Assembly: GCA_963836075.1 (NCBI GenBank)
Contig: CAWIIB010000009.1
Coordinates: 2,208,311-2,272,310 of the forward strand
Length of the DNA stretch: 64,000 bases
Reading direction: 5' to 3'
Source of the DNA: an uncultured Acidobacteriota bacterium
GTDB lineage: Bacteria > Acidobacteriota > JAQAZP01
Under the pieces are notes generated by a model, which saw only the letters and a list, made by a program, of their open reading frames with translations, did not search any database and had not been told where the DNA came from. Positions within the stretch are counted from its first letter, which is position 1. Each line of letters opens with the position of its first letter. Positions 18,797 to 29,959 of the stretch are shown in pieces. The translations under genes and the position numbers were made by a program.

Positions 18797-19366
18797 TTGA
18801 TCGAAACCGTGCTTTTCTACATCCTGGCGGTCGTCGCCGTGGTCAGTGCGATCAGTGTGATCAGCCAGCGCAGCCCCATGTCCAGCGTGATCTCGCTGGT
18901 GGTCTGCTTCTTCTCCCTGGCCGTGCTCTACCTGCTGCTCAACGCGCACTTCATCGCCGTGCTGCAGGTGATTGTCTACGCCGGGGCGATCATGGTCCTC
19001 TTCCTCTTCGTGATCATGATGCTCAACCTGCGGGGGCCCGAGGCGCCGCACTCCTTCCACGGCCTGCACAAGCTGGCCGCCGCGGCCCTGGTGCTCTGCC
19101 TGGTCTGCCTGGTGGTCTTCGGGCTGGTCAACCGGGTGGTGCTGGGCGAGGCGGGCCAGGCCACCGAGGAAGCGGTGGGCGCCGCCGGCAACACCGAGCT
19201 GCTGGCCGAACTGCTCTTCCAGCGCTACCTGCTGCCCTTCGAGGCGGTTTCGATCCTGCTGCTGGCGGCCATCGTCGGCGCCATCGTGATGGCCAGCCGC
19301 CGCTTCGAGCGGCCGGACCACGAGGCCGACCCCGACGCGCCGGGCGCCAACAAGGAGACACGGTGA
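18797..19366 (+). CDS. nuoJ: NADH-quinone oxidoreductase subunit J
   Basis: 189 aa, TM-rich; TTG start; stop overlaps nuoK ATG (TGATG). Confidence 0.85.
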   Translation: MIETVLFYILAVVAVVSAISVISQRSPMSSVISLVVCFFSLAVLYLLLNAHFIAVLQVIVYAGAIMVLFLFVIMMLNLRGPEAPHSFHGLHKLAAAALVLCLVCLVVFGLVNRVVLGEAGQATEEAVGAAGNTELLAELLFQRYLLPFEAVSILLLAAIVGAIVMASRRFERPDHEADPDAPGANKETR

Positions 19367-19671
19367 TGATGGTCACCCTCAACCACTACCTGGTGCTCAG
19401 CGCGCTGCTCTTCAGCATCGGTGTGGCCGGGGTGCTGCTGCGCCGCAACGCGATCATCATCTTCATGTCCATCGAACTGATGCTCAACGCGGTGAACCTT
19501 TCGTTCATCGCCTTTGCCCGCTACCTCGATTCTCTGGACGGGCAGATTTTCGTGCTCTTTGTCATGGCCGTGGCCGCCGCCGAGGTGGCGGTGGGCCTGG
19601 CGATCATCATCGCCATCTTCAAGAGGAAGTCCACGGCCGACGTGGACCGGGTCAACCTGCTCAAGTGGTGA
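19366..19671 (+). CDS. nuoK: NADH-quinone oxidoreductase subunit K
   Basis: ~101 aa; ...[21 protein letters not shown]...; AGGAGA RBS 8 nt upstream of ATG 19366. Confidence 0.9.
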   Translation: MMVTLNHYLVLSALLFSIGVAGVLLRRNAIIIFMSIELMLNAVNLSFIAFARYLDSLDGQIFVLFVMAVAAAEVAVGLAIIIAIFKRKSTADVDRVNLLKW

Positions 19672-19672
19672 C

Positions 19673-21707
19673 ATGTCACTGGAACTGATCATCCTGATTC
19701 CGTTAGCACCGCTGATCGGCTTTCTGATCAACGGCCTGCTGGGCCCGAAACTGCCCAAAAAACTGGTCAGCTTCATCGGCTGCGCGGCGGTGGGCGTCTC
19801 CCTGGTGGTGGCCATCCTCGCCTTCTCCACCCTGAGCGGGATGGAGGTGCGCCACTTCGAGCACGACTACTTCATGTGGATCGAGTCGCCGTCGGCCGAC
19901 TCGGGGGTGGTCAGCGACTACCGCGTCTCCATCCCCTTCGGCCTGCAGCTCGACCCGCTGTCCATGGTGATGGTGCTGGTGGTCACCGGGGTGGGCTTCC
20001 TGATCCACGTCTACTCCGTCGGCTACATGTGGCACGAGCGCGGCTATGCCCGCTACTTCTCCTTCCTCAACCTCTTCACCTTTGCCATGCTGATCCTGGT
20101 GCTGGCCAACAACTTCTTCCTGCTCTTTGTGGGCTGGGAGGGGGTGGGGCTCTGTTCGTATCTTTTGATCGGCTTCTTCTACGAGAAGCACTCGGCGGCC
20201 AAGGCGGGGATGAAGGCCTTCGTGGTCAACCGTATCGGTGACGTGGGCTTCGTCCTCGGCGCCTTCCTGGTCTTCCTTGTCTTCGGCACCCTTGATTTTT
20301 CCGAGGTGATGATGCTGGCCAGCCAGCCCGGCGCCGTTACCGCCGGCGCCGGCGTGATCACCCTCATGGCCCTGTTGCTCTTTGTCGGCGCCACCGGCAA
20401 GTCGGCACAGATCCCGCTCTATGTCTGGCTGCCCGACGCCATGGAGGGCCCCACACCGGTCAGCGCCCTGATCCATGCCGCCACCATGGTCACCGCCGGT
20501 GTCTACATGGTGGTGCGCTGCAACGTGCTCTTCGCCCTGGCTCCCGACGCCATGCTGGTCGTGGCGGTGATCGGCGGGATGACCGCCATCTTTGCCGCCA
20601 CCATCGGCCTGGTGCAGAACGACATCAAGCGGGTGCTGGCCTACTCCACGGTGAGCCAGCTGGGCTACATGTTCCTGGCCCTCGGCGTGGGCGCTTTCAC
20701 CGCCGGGATCTTCCACCTGATGACCCACGCCTTCTTCAAGGCGCTGCTCTTCCTCGGGGCCGGGCTCGGTGATCCACGCCATGAGCGGCGAGCAGGACAT
20801 CCGCAAGATGGGCAACCTCAAGGGCAAGATCCCCGTCACCTACTGGACGTTCCTCATCGCCTCGCTGGCCATCGCCGGTATCCCGCCGTTGTCCGGCTTC
20901 TTCTCCAAGGACGAGATCCTCTGGAAAACCTTCAGCACGGGACACACCATTCTCTGGGGTATGGGCTTCCTGACTGCCGGGATGACCGCCTTCTACATGT
21001 TCCGCCTGGTCTTCCTCACCTTCCACGGGGAAAGCCGGATGGACAAGGAAACAGAATCTCACGTGCACGAGTCGCCGAGGTCGATGACCGTGCCCCTGAT
21101 GACCCTTTGTCTGCTGGCCATTATCGGCGGCTGGATCGGCATCCCCCACGCCATCACCAACATCACTCACTTCCCCGCGGCCAACTACTTCGAGGAGTGG
21201 CTCGAGCCGGTGGTGGGGTGGAGCGGGGAGCAGCTGGCCGGTGGCCACGCGGATGCGGCCCACGCCGAGGTGCCCCACGGTGCAGAGCATGCTGCCGCCG
21301 GCCACGGCCACCATGCCGTGGACCCGATGGAATACGTGCTGATGGGCCTCTCGGTGCTCATCGCCCTCTCCGGCATCCTGCTGGCCGCGGCCTGGTATCG
21401 CAGGAAGAACGACACTCCGGCGAAACTGGCCGGGGTGCTGGACGGCGGCCCGTACCGCACACTGCTCAACAAATACTGGGTGGACGAGCTCTACGACCTG
21501 ACCGTCGTGCAGCGCTTCATCTGGTTCGGCAACTTCCTCTGGAAGTTTATCGACGTGATCGTCATCGACGGGACGGTGAACGCCGTGGCCCACATCAGCC
21601 GCTTCTTCGGCATCGTGGGATCGCGGTTCCAGACCGGCTACGTCAGAAACTACGCGCTGGGGATCGTTCTCGGCGTGGTGATCCTGATCTGGGCCTGCTT
21701 GTTTTAA
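19673..21707 (+). CDS. nuoL: NADH-quinone oxidoreductase subunit L; single-nt frameshift near 20760-20770 splits it between two frames
   Basis: N-part (19673-~20766) ...[13 protein letters not shown] then C-part (ORF 20769..21707) [18 protein letters not shown]...; removing one base in GGGGCCGGGC restores [17 protein letters not shown], the canonical NuoL sequence. Confidence 0.85.
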
Positions 21708-21734
21708 CCAGCAGGCCGGAAGGAAGAACAGAAC

Positions 21735-23312
21735 GTGTCCTGGCTAACCGAACATCTGCTCTCCTGGATCGTCTTCCTGCCCCTTGTCGGGGCGGGCCTG
21801 ATCATGCTCATCGGCAGGCAGAACAAGGCGGCCCTGCGCTGGACCGCCGTAATCTGTTCTTTGCTGGTTTTTGTCATCTCGCTGCCCCTCTGGTTCGGCT
21901 TTGACGAGACCACCGCGTCGATGCAGTTCGTCGAGCTGGCCGACTGGGTGCCCGCCCTGGGCATCAGCTACCACCTGGGCGTTGACGGTATCAGCCTGTT
22001 GCTGATCCTGCTCACCACCTTCATGACTCCGCTGACCCTGCTGAGCACCTTCAGCGCGGTGGACAAGCACCTCAAGGAGTTCCTGGTGGTGCTGCTGATG
22101 CTGGAGACGGGGATGCTCGGCGCCTTCGTGGCCGTCGATCTCTTCCTCTTCTACATCTTCTGGGAAGCGATGCTGATCCCGATGTGTTTCATCATCGGTA
22201 TCTGGGGCGGCCCCCGCCGGGTCTATGCGGCGGTGAAGTTTTTCCTCTACACCCTGGTGGGCTCCCTGCTGATGCTGGTGGCCATCCTGACCATGTATTT
22301 TCTCCAGCAGCAGGCCTCGGGCATCCCGACCTTCGACATGGCCACGCTGATGTCGACACCGGTGCCGGCCCATATGCAGATGTGTCTCTTCCTGGCCTTT
22401 GCCCTGTCCTTTGCCATCAAGGTGCCGATGTTCCCCTTCCACACCTGGCTGCCCGATGCCCACGTGGAAGCCCCCACTGCGGGCTCCGTGATCCTGGCTG
22501 CCATCCTGCTGAAACTGGGAACCTACGGCTTCATCCGTTTTGCCATACCGTTCTTCCCCGAGTCTTCCGGGGTTCTCACGACACTGTTTGCCTCGCTGGC
22601 CGTCATCGGCATCATCTATGGCGCCCTGGTGGCCATGGTGCAGAAGGACATCAAGAAGCTGGTGGCCTACTCCAGCGTCAGCCACCTGGGCTACGTCATG
22701 CTGGGCCTTTTCGCCCTCACCGTGCAGGGCGTGGAAGGCGGTATCTTCGTCATGCTGGCCCACGGCCTCTCCACCGGCGGGCTGTTCCTCATTGTCGGCA
22801 TGATCTACGAGCGGAGGCACACCCGGATGATCGCCGACTTCGGCGGCCTGGCCAGGCAGATCCCGGTGTTCACCACCATCTTCATGATCGTGACCCTGGC
22901 CTCCATCGGCCTGCCCGGACTGAACGGTTTCGTCGGCGAGATCCTGGTTCTGGTGGGCACCTTCACCTCCACCTCGATGAACCACGCCAAGGCTTTCACC
23001 GCCCTGGCCGCCACCGGGATGATCCTCGGCGCGGTCTACATGCTCTGGATGTTCCGCCGGGTGATGTTCGGGCCGCTGGAGCGCGAGGAGAACAAGACGA
23101 TCAAGGACTTAAGCGTCCGCGAGCTGGTGGTGATGATCCCGATCCTGATCATGATCGTCTGGATGGGTGTCTACCCCGGGCCGTTTCTCCGAAAAATGGA
23201 TGTCTCGGTGGCCGCATTTGTCGAGCGGGTGAAGGTGACCAGGCAGGCCACGGCCGAGATGAAAGCGACCGGACAGCCCCGGGGAGAGAGTGAAGCGAGG
23301 AGTGAGCAGTGA
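21735..23312 (+). CDS. nuoM: NADH-quinone oxidoreductase subunit M
   Basis: 525 aa, GTG start; ...FHTWLPDAHVEAPTAGSVILAAILLK... Confidence 0.9.
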   Translation: MSWLTEHLLSWIVFLPLVGAGLIMLIGRQNKAALRWTAVICSLLVFVISLPLWFGFDETTASMQFVELADWVPALGISYHLGVDGISLLLILLTTFMTPLTLLSTFSAVDKHLKEFLVVLLMLETGMLGAFVAVDLFLFYIFWEAMLIPMCFIIGIWGGPRRVYAAVKFFLYTLVGSLLMLVAILTMYFLQQQASGIPTFDMATLMSTPVPAHMQMCLFLAFALSFAIKVPMFPFHTWLPDAHVEAPTAGSVILAAILLKLGTYGFIRFAIPFFPESSGVLTTLFASLAVIGIIYGALVAMVQKDIKKLVAYSSVSHLGYVMLGLFALTVQGVEGGIFVMLAHGLSTGGLFLIVGMIYERRHTRMIADFGGLARQIPVFTTIFMIVTLASIGLPGLNGFVGEILVLVGTFTSTSMNHAKAFTALAATGMILGAVYMLWMFRRVMFGPLEREENKTIKDLSVRELVVMIPILIMIVWMGVYPGPFLRKMDVSVAAFVERVKVTRQATAEMKATGQPRGESEARSEQ

Positions 23313-24766
23313 ACTTTGATCTCTACGCCATAATGCCGATCCTGATCCTGGTGATCTGGGGCTGTGCGCTATTACTGCTCGAAGCCGCCTCCAGAAACAT
23401 GGCCCGCGCCGTGGCCGGGCCGCTGACCCTGGTGGCGGCCCTGGTCTCCGGCATCGGCTGCATCTGTCTCTGGGCCAACCCGCCCGGATCCCAGTTCGGC
23501 GGGATGCTGCTGCTGGACAAGTTCAGTCTGTTCTTTGGTGCCCTGCTGGCCTTCATCCTGGCCATGACCGTGCTGATCTCCGGCGGCTACCTCCGCCGGG
23601 AGGAGAACAACCACAGCGAGTATTACGCTCTGCTCTGCTTCACCGTATCCGGCGCCATGCTGATGGTCGGAGCAGGGGACATGCTGGTGCTCTTCCTCGG
23701 CATCGAGCTGCTCTCCATCCCGCTTTACATCCTTGCCGGGTTCCAGCGGAGAAAGCCCGAGTCCACCGAAGCCGCACTGAAATATTTCCTACTGGGCGCC
23801 TTTGCCACCGGCTTTCTGCTCTACGGCATCGCCCTGGTCTACGGCGCCACCGGCCAACTTGGCCTGCACGCCATCGCCGACCACCTGATCGCCAACGGTA
23901 TCACCACCGAGGAACCGATCCTGCTCATCGGCATCATCTTCCTGGTGGTGGCCTTCGGCTTCAAGGTTTCGGTGGTGCCCTTCCACATGTGGACCCCGGA
24001 TGTCTACCAGGGTGCGCCCACCTCGATCACCGCCTTCATGGCCGCCGCGCCCAAGGCTGCTGGCCTGGCCGTGGTTCTCCGTGTGTTCATCACCGCCTTC
24101 CCCACCGAGCAGGAGTTCGTCTCGGCCATGGTGGTGGTGCTGGCCGTGCTGACCATGACCGTGGGCAACGTGCTGGCCCTGGTGCAGGACAACATCAAGC
24201 GGATGCTGGCCTACTCGTCCATCGCCCACGTGGGCTATCTCCTGGTCGCGGTGGTGGCCGGCAACGAGCTGGGCATGCGGTCGGTCCTCTTTTACAGCGT
24301 GGTCTACGCCCTGATGAACATCGGCGCCTTCGGCCTGGTGATCATGCTCGGCAAGAAGGGGGAGAGCGATCTCGACATGTCCTCCTACGCCGGTGCCGGT
24401 TTCCGCTTTCCGCTGATCGGCCTGGCCATGGCCCTCTTCATGTTCTCCCTGGCCGGCATTCCGCCCACCGGCGGTTTTTTCGGCAAGTTCTACATCTTCT
24501 CCGCCGCGGTCAAGGCCGGGTATATCCCGCTGGCCATCATCGGCGTATTGAACTCCGCCCTCTCGCTCTACTTCTACCTCCGGGTGGTGGTCTACACCTA
24601 CATGCGGGAACCCGACTCCCGGGACGCCGTGGCCGACACCCTGACCCTCTCCCCGGGCCTGATCACCGCGGTGGTCATCGCCTGCCTCGGCACCCTCTAC
24701 CTCGGCCTGCAGCCCGGCGGCCTGCTTGGCCTGACCGGTGAGGCGATTCGGTCGTTGGTGGGGTAG
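23309..24766 (+). CDS. nuoN: NADH-quinone oxidoreductase subunit N
   Basis: 485 aa; ...FHMWTPDVYQGAPTSITAFMAAAPKAAGL...; GTG start overlapping nuoM stop. Confidence 0.9.
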   Translation: MNFDLYAIMPILILVIWGCALLLLEAASRNMARAVAGPLTLVAALVSGIGCICLWANPPGSQFGGMLLLDKFSLFFGALLAFILAMTVLISGGYLRREENNHSEYYALLCFTVSGAMLMVGAGDMLVLFLGIELLSIPLYILAGFQRRKPESTEAALKYFLLGAFATGFLLYGIALVYGATGQLGLHAIADHLIANGITTEEPILLIGIIFLVVAFGFKVSVVPFHMWTPDVYQGAPTSITAFMAAAPKAAGLAVVLRVFITAFPTEQEFVSAMVVVLAVLTMTVGNVLALVQDNIKRMLAYSSIAHVGYLLVAVVAGNELGMRSVLFYSVVYALMNIGAFGLVIMLGKKGESDLDMSSYAGAGFRFPLIGLAMALFMFSLAGIPPTGGFFGKFYIFSAAVKAGYIPLAIIGVLNSALSLYFYLRVVVYTYMREPDSRDAVADTLTLSPGLITAVVIACLGTLYLGLQPGGLLGLTGEAIRSLVG

Positions 24767-24769
24767 GCT

Positions 24770-26580
24770 GGCTCACCCTGGCGGCACACCGTCAACCGCA
24801 GTTTCCACCAGTCTCCTCATAATCCTGCTGACTGACGCTCAAGCTGATCGGCCCCGATCTTGCTCCTCCTGGTCTGTATGGGCCAGGACAAACAGAGCAT
24901 CTACCGACCCCGGCGGCCGGAGCGGACCGACCTGCACCTGGCGGTTCGCGAGAACCTGGAGTTGTTCCTCGAAACCTACGACGAGCGGTTCCTCGACCGG
25001 CACGGCCCTCTGACCGACCGTGCCCGCCGCACGCTGGAGGAGTATCTTCGCTGCGGGATCCTTGCCGCGGGGTTCGCCCGGGTCCGCTGTGGCGACTGCG
25101 GCCACGAGCAACTGGTGGCCTTCTCCTGCCAGCTCCGAGGTGTCTGCCCTTCATGCCAGCAGAAACGGGCCGAGATCCTTTGCCGCTTCGTCATCGACGA
25201 GGTGATCGAGCCGGTGGAGCACCGCCAGCTGGTCTTCGTGCTGCCCAGGCACCTCCGCCGCCCGTTCTACCGCGACCGCCGACTGCTCACCGGCCTGTGC
25301 CGCTCAGCGGTGGAGGCGACCCACACGTTCTACCGGGCCGGCCTGGGCCGTGACGATCTGAGAGTGGGGATGGTGGTGGTTCCCCAGCGGTTCGGCGACC
25401 GGGTCAATCCGCACATTCACCTGCATGCCCTAGCCACCGACGGCGCTTTCGACCGGGACGGACTGTTCCACCCGATGCCCTTCGGCATGCAGGGGGACAT
25501 CGAGGTGCTGGAGCGGCTGTTCGCCCGGCGGGTGCTCGACCTGATGGTGAGGCGTAAGCGGCTGAGCGTGCGCCTTCGCGACGAGATGCTGGACTGGGAG
25601 CATAGCGGGTTCTCGGTGGACGGCTCGGTCAGGGTGGCGGTGGGGGATTACGGGCGGCTCAAGCGGCTGGTGCGCTACCTGGCCCGTCCGGCGGTGTCGG
25701 CGGAGCGGGTGTCCTACGACCGGTCGAACGGCACGGTCACGGTGCGCAGTTCGAAGAAGGTGCGGGGCGTCCGTCCGGTTGTGGCCCAATACGACGGGCT
25801 GACCTTCCTGTCCCTTCTGGCGCTGCAGGTGCCGCCGCCCGGGGTGCACATGGTGCGCTACTACGGTCACTACTCGGTGCGGAGCCGGGCGGAGCGGAGG
25901 AAGAGGTCCGGGGAGGGGACGGCCGGCATCCGCAGCGAAAAGCCGCCGCCGGCAAGCGAGCGGCGGCGGAGGTGGGCGGAGCTGATCCGCCTGGTATTCG
26001 AGGTGGACCCTCTGCGCTGTGATAAGTGCGGGGGCGGTATGAAGGTCGTCTCGTTCATCTCGACGGCGCAGTCCGAGGTGATCCGCCGCATCCTCGAGCA
26101 CCTGGGGGTGAGCACCGTCGTTCCCCGGGCCCACGGGCCGCCGGGGTGGGCTGCCACAAGCGAGCGGCACGTTCAGGCCGAGCTCTCCAGGGACGAGGAG
26201 GACTGCTCGCAGGCGCCGCCAGGTTGGGACGAGTGGGAGCCGGCGTGAGGCCTTCGGTCAGTGACGGGCTGCAGGGAGAGGTATGTCCTGATGACAGATT
26301 AAACGGGGGGCATCGTCGGCATGGCGTAAGGCCACCAGGGATTGACCTCGAACGGCGGGGGAGTGGAGAAACGGCAGGGGGAAAATGACCGGATCATGGA
26401 CCTGAAGGGAGGGGAGATTTCTTGACGCCGGGAAAGGAAATCCCTACTCTTCTCACCTGGTTGATGATCGAGGTGGAGGCGCCCTGATGCTGGGCTCACT
26501 GGTGGGCAACGCACTGCTGCTGGTGCCGGTGACCCGGGCGACCCACCGGCACCGCTGAGCTGGTCGTCTACCCGCTATTT
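24770..26580 (+). mobile_element. IS91-family insertion sequence (ends not resolvable by eye) inserted immediately downstream of nuoN
   Basis: Transposase CDS plus flanking non-coding DNA between nuoN stop (24766) and FG-GAP gene start (26646). Confidence 0.4.
24860..26248 (+). CDS. IS91-family transposase (HUH Y2 rolling-circle type) with N-terminal zinc-binding domain
   Basis: CGDCGHEQLVAFSCQLRGVCPSCQQKR zinc ribbon; HIHLHALATDGAF; C-terminal ...CDKCGGGMKVVSFISTAQSEVIRRILEHLGV typical of IS91/ISCR transposases; alternative ATG 24878. Confidence 0.85.
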   Translation: MLLLVCMGQDKQSIYRPRRPERTDLHLAVRENLELFLETYDERFLDRHGPLTDRARRTLEEYLRCGILAAGFARVRCGDCGHEQLVAFSCQLRGVCPSCQQKRAEILCRFVIDEVIEPVEHRQLVFVLPRHLRRPFYRDRRLLTGLCRSAVEATHTFYRAGLGRDDLRVGMVVVPQRFGDRVNPHIHLHALATDGAFDRDGLFHPMPFGMQGDIEVLERLFARRVLDLMVRRKRLSVRLRDEMLDWEHSGFSVDGSVRVAVGDYGRLKRLVRYLARPAVSAERVSYDRSNGTVTVRSSKKVRGVRPVVAQYDGLTFLSLLALQVPPPGVHMVRYYGHYSVRSRAERRKRSGEGTAGIRSEKPPPASERRRRWAELIRLVFEVDPLRCDKCGGGMKVVSFISTAQSEVIRRILEHLGVSTVVPRAHGPPGWAATSERHVQAELSRDEEDCSQAPPGWDEWEPA

Positions 26581-26645
26581 TCATGGATAATCACTCAGCG
26601 GAACGCGGTATACTGCAGCGAACCAGCCAGGAGGGACGCCTGACC

Positions 26646-29600
26646 ATGAAGCTCGCATCCATCGGATCTGTTCTGCTCTTCCTGCTCACCGCTGTCCCGC
26701 AGTTGACGCACGCCACAAGGCTTTTCGACACGAGGATCGACCATTTCGTCGGTGCTTACCCGTTCGCCATCGACAGCAGCGATCTTGACGGTGACGGGCA
26801 CCTCGACCTGGTGGTGGCCCTCCACGGCTCGGACGGCATCTCCGTTCTTCTCGGCCTGGGGAACGGTGAATTCAGACCCGCCGTGCCATATGTGACCGAC
26901 GACAATCCCACGTCCGTGGCTGCCGCCGATTTCAACGGTGACGGTCACCCGGATGTGGCGGTGGCCAACCGGTATGGGCACAACATGTCCGTCCTCCTGG
27001 GCCAGGGGGACGGTATCCTGTCGCCGCCGGAGCACTACACCACCGGGTCCTCGCCCGAAGCTGTGATCGTCTCCGACCTTGACGGCGACACGGTGCCCGA
27101 CCTGGCCGTGGCCTGCCATTCGAGCCACGCGGTGTCAATCCTGCTCGGCAACGGGGACGGGAGCTTCCAGGCCGAGGTCCGCTACGACACCGGCTGGTAT
27201 CCCATCGATCTCGCCGTGGGGGACGTCAACGGTGACGGTGTGCCGGATCTGGCCACGGCCAGTTCGGCAGACCGCAGCGTGTCCATCCTCCCTGGCGCCG
27301 GCGATGGTTCCTTCGGGCCGCCCCAGGCCATCGAGATCGCCCAGGGCGTTTACGCCCTCGCCCTCGGTGATCTCGATGGGGACGACGTGCCCGACCTGGC
27401 CATCACAACGCACGTTTCGAGCACGAATTCGGGCGAGATCCAGATCTGGCTGAACACCGGTGGCGGCGCGTTCCAATGGAACCAGGAATGGGCGCACGGC
27501 GTCTTGCTCTACGACACCGTCATCGAGGACCTGGACGGCGACGGCTATCGGGATCTGGCGGTCACCGACATCGGATTCGCAAATGCTGAAGGCCGGGTCA
27601 CGGTGTACGCCGGCCGCGGTGACGGCACCGTGGAAGCGGCCTTAGGTCGATCATATTGGGCCGGCCTGTCCACCAATGCCGTCCACCCCGCCGATATCGA
27701 CGGCGACGGCCGTCTGGACCTGGCCGTATCGAACGCCACCAGCAGCGACATCTCCGTACTGCTGGGCAGAGCTGACGGCGCCTTCCACACCGCCCCGACG
27801 TACGGCGCGGGGTATGGCCCGAGGACCTCGGCCATTGCCGACCTCAACGGCGACAGCGTTCCCGACATCGCCGTTTCGTCATATGCCAACGGGCTCATCA
27901 AGATCCTGATCGGCGAGGGGGACGGCACCTTCCTGCCTGCCGGCCAGGTCACCGGGGCCGGCGGAAAACCGTCGGCCATCGTTGCCGACGACCTGAACGG
28001 CGACGGCATTTCCGACCTGGCCTTCACCACCCCGCTGGACGACAGCTGCTCAGTGACATTGGGCAATGGAGATGGAACGTTCCAGCCGGCGACGGACTTC
28101 GGAACCGGGGGATATCCCGACGCAATGGTGATCAGTGACCTGAACAACGACACCATCCCGGACCTGGCCGCAGCCAACATGGCCAGCGACTCGATCTCGG
28201 TGCTCCTCGGTGCGGGGGACGGCAGCTTTCTTCCGGCGCTCCACGCCGGCGCCGGTGCCGAACCGGCCGGCCTGGCCGCCGGGGACCTGGATGGCGACGG
28301 GGCCACCGACCTCGCGGTTACCAGTTCCACCGGGCATGACGTCTCCGTGCTGATCGGCAACGGTGATGGCACATTCCGGACGGCGGTGGGCTACGCGACC
28401 AGCCAGACCCCGGCCGGTGTGGCCATTGCCGATCTCAACGGCGACGGCCACCCGGACCTGGCGGTGGCCTGCCAGAACAGCAACAGGACATCGGTGCTCC
28501 TCGGCCACGGCGACGGTACCTTCCGGGAGGCGGTCGATCACTACACGCCCCACGGCCCGATATCGGTGACCGCCACCGACCTCGACCTCGACGGCTCGCT
28601 CGATCTGGTGCTGGCCTGCACAGTACGGTTCACCGTCGCCGTCCTCCGGGGACAGGGTGACGGCTCATTCATGGAAGCCGAACAGTACCGGCGTCGGGTT
28701 TCATCCGTACCATGTCTCCGCCGGCGACCTGGACCGGGACGGCCACCCGGACCTGGTGGCGGTGAACCGGTACAGCCATGATGTCTCGGTGTTGATCAAC
28801 GCCGGGAGCCCGGGGATGCTGGTGACCGGCCCTGGTCCGGGATTGGCGAACGAACCGCTGGTCAGGGTCTTCCCGCCGGTGGAGAACGCATTTCACGTTT
28901 CCGCGTTTCAGGCATATGGCGCCCCCCACTTTGGCGTGGGCGTGGCGGCCGGTGATCCAGACGGCGACGGCATCGACGTCATCATCACCGGCGCCGGCCC
29001 GGGGGCGGTTTTTGGCCCCCACATCCGCGCATTCATGGTCGACGGCACACCGGACCCCGGCATCAACTTCCTGGCCTACGGCACCAACAAGTTCGGCGTC
29101 AATGTGGCCGCCGGCGACCTGGATGGCGACGGGATCGACGAGATCGTCACCGGCGCCGGCCCGGGGGCTGTGTTCGGGCCCCACGTCCGGGGCTGGAACG
29201 TGGATGGCGGTACGGCCACGGCCATGCCCGGGGTCAGCTACTTCGCCTACGGCACGCTGAAACACGGGGTCAACGTGGCGGCCGGCGACCTGGACGGCGA
29301 CGGTTACGATGAGATCATCACCGGCGCCGGCCCGGGGGCGGTGTTCGGGCCCCATGTCCGGGGCTGGAACGTCGACGGCGGCACGGCCGCGGCCATGTCC
29401 GGGGTCAGTTTCCTGGCCTACGGCACCAACAGGTGGGGGGTCAACGTGGGTACCGGCGACATCGACGGGGACGGCATCGACGAGATCCTCACCGCGCCCG
29501 GTCCCTCGGCCCTCTTCGCCTCGCACATCCGGGGCTGGAATGCGGATGGCAGTTCCGCCACACCGCTGGCCGGCTGCAGCTTCCTCGCCTGGTCGGCAGC

Positions 29601-29817
29601 GCTGTCCCGCTACGGCGCCCGGGTGGCCTCGGGTGTCGACCTCGACAGCGACGGGTACCAAGAGATCCTGGTGGGCGCCGGCCCGGACCCCGCCACCGGC
29701 TCACCGGTGCGGGTCTTCGACTACCAGGATGGCCAGGTCAGCGAGGACTTCTCCCTCACCGCCTACCCCCAGGGCTGGAATCACGGGGTGAACGTGGCCG
29801 CGGGTCTGTTCCGGTAG
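26646..29817 (+). CDS. FG-GAP/VCBS repeat-containing secreted protein (~1057 aa) interrupted by a 1-nt frameshift near 28690-28700 (ORFs 26583..28781 and 28657..29817 are one gene)
   Basis: Signal peptide MKLASIGSVLLFLLTAVPQLTHA; >15 FG-GAP units (DLDGDGHLDLVVA...), C-terminal GAGPGAVFGPHVRGWNVDGG repeats; frames join as GQGDGSFMEAEQY | (G)VGFHPYHVSAGDLDRDGHPDLVAV. Confidence 0.8.
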
Positions 29818-29959
29818 ATCAAGACTTGGATTCGGCAAGCCGTGTGTCTGGAGCGGGACCCCACGGAGCAGCCCCTCCGTGCTCAGGTCTTCATCGATGT
29901 CCGGCCAATGGATACCGACCCCTGTCCCTCCTGTAAATTACGTACTACCTGATAACGTT

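Noticed and set aside
19514-21904. 796-aa ORF treated as one protein
   Set aside because: Only 19673-~20766 is real nuoL in this frame. The upstream part is nuoK read out of frame and the downstream part (PRHERRAGHPQDGQ...) is out of frame. The nuoL C-half is ORF 20769..21707.
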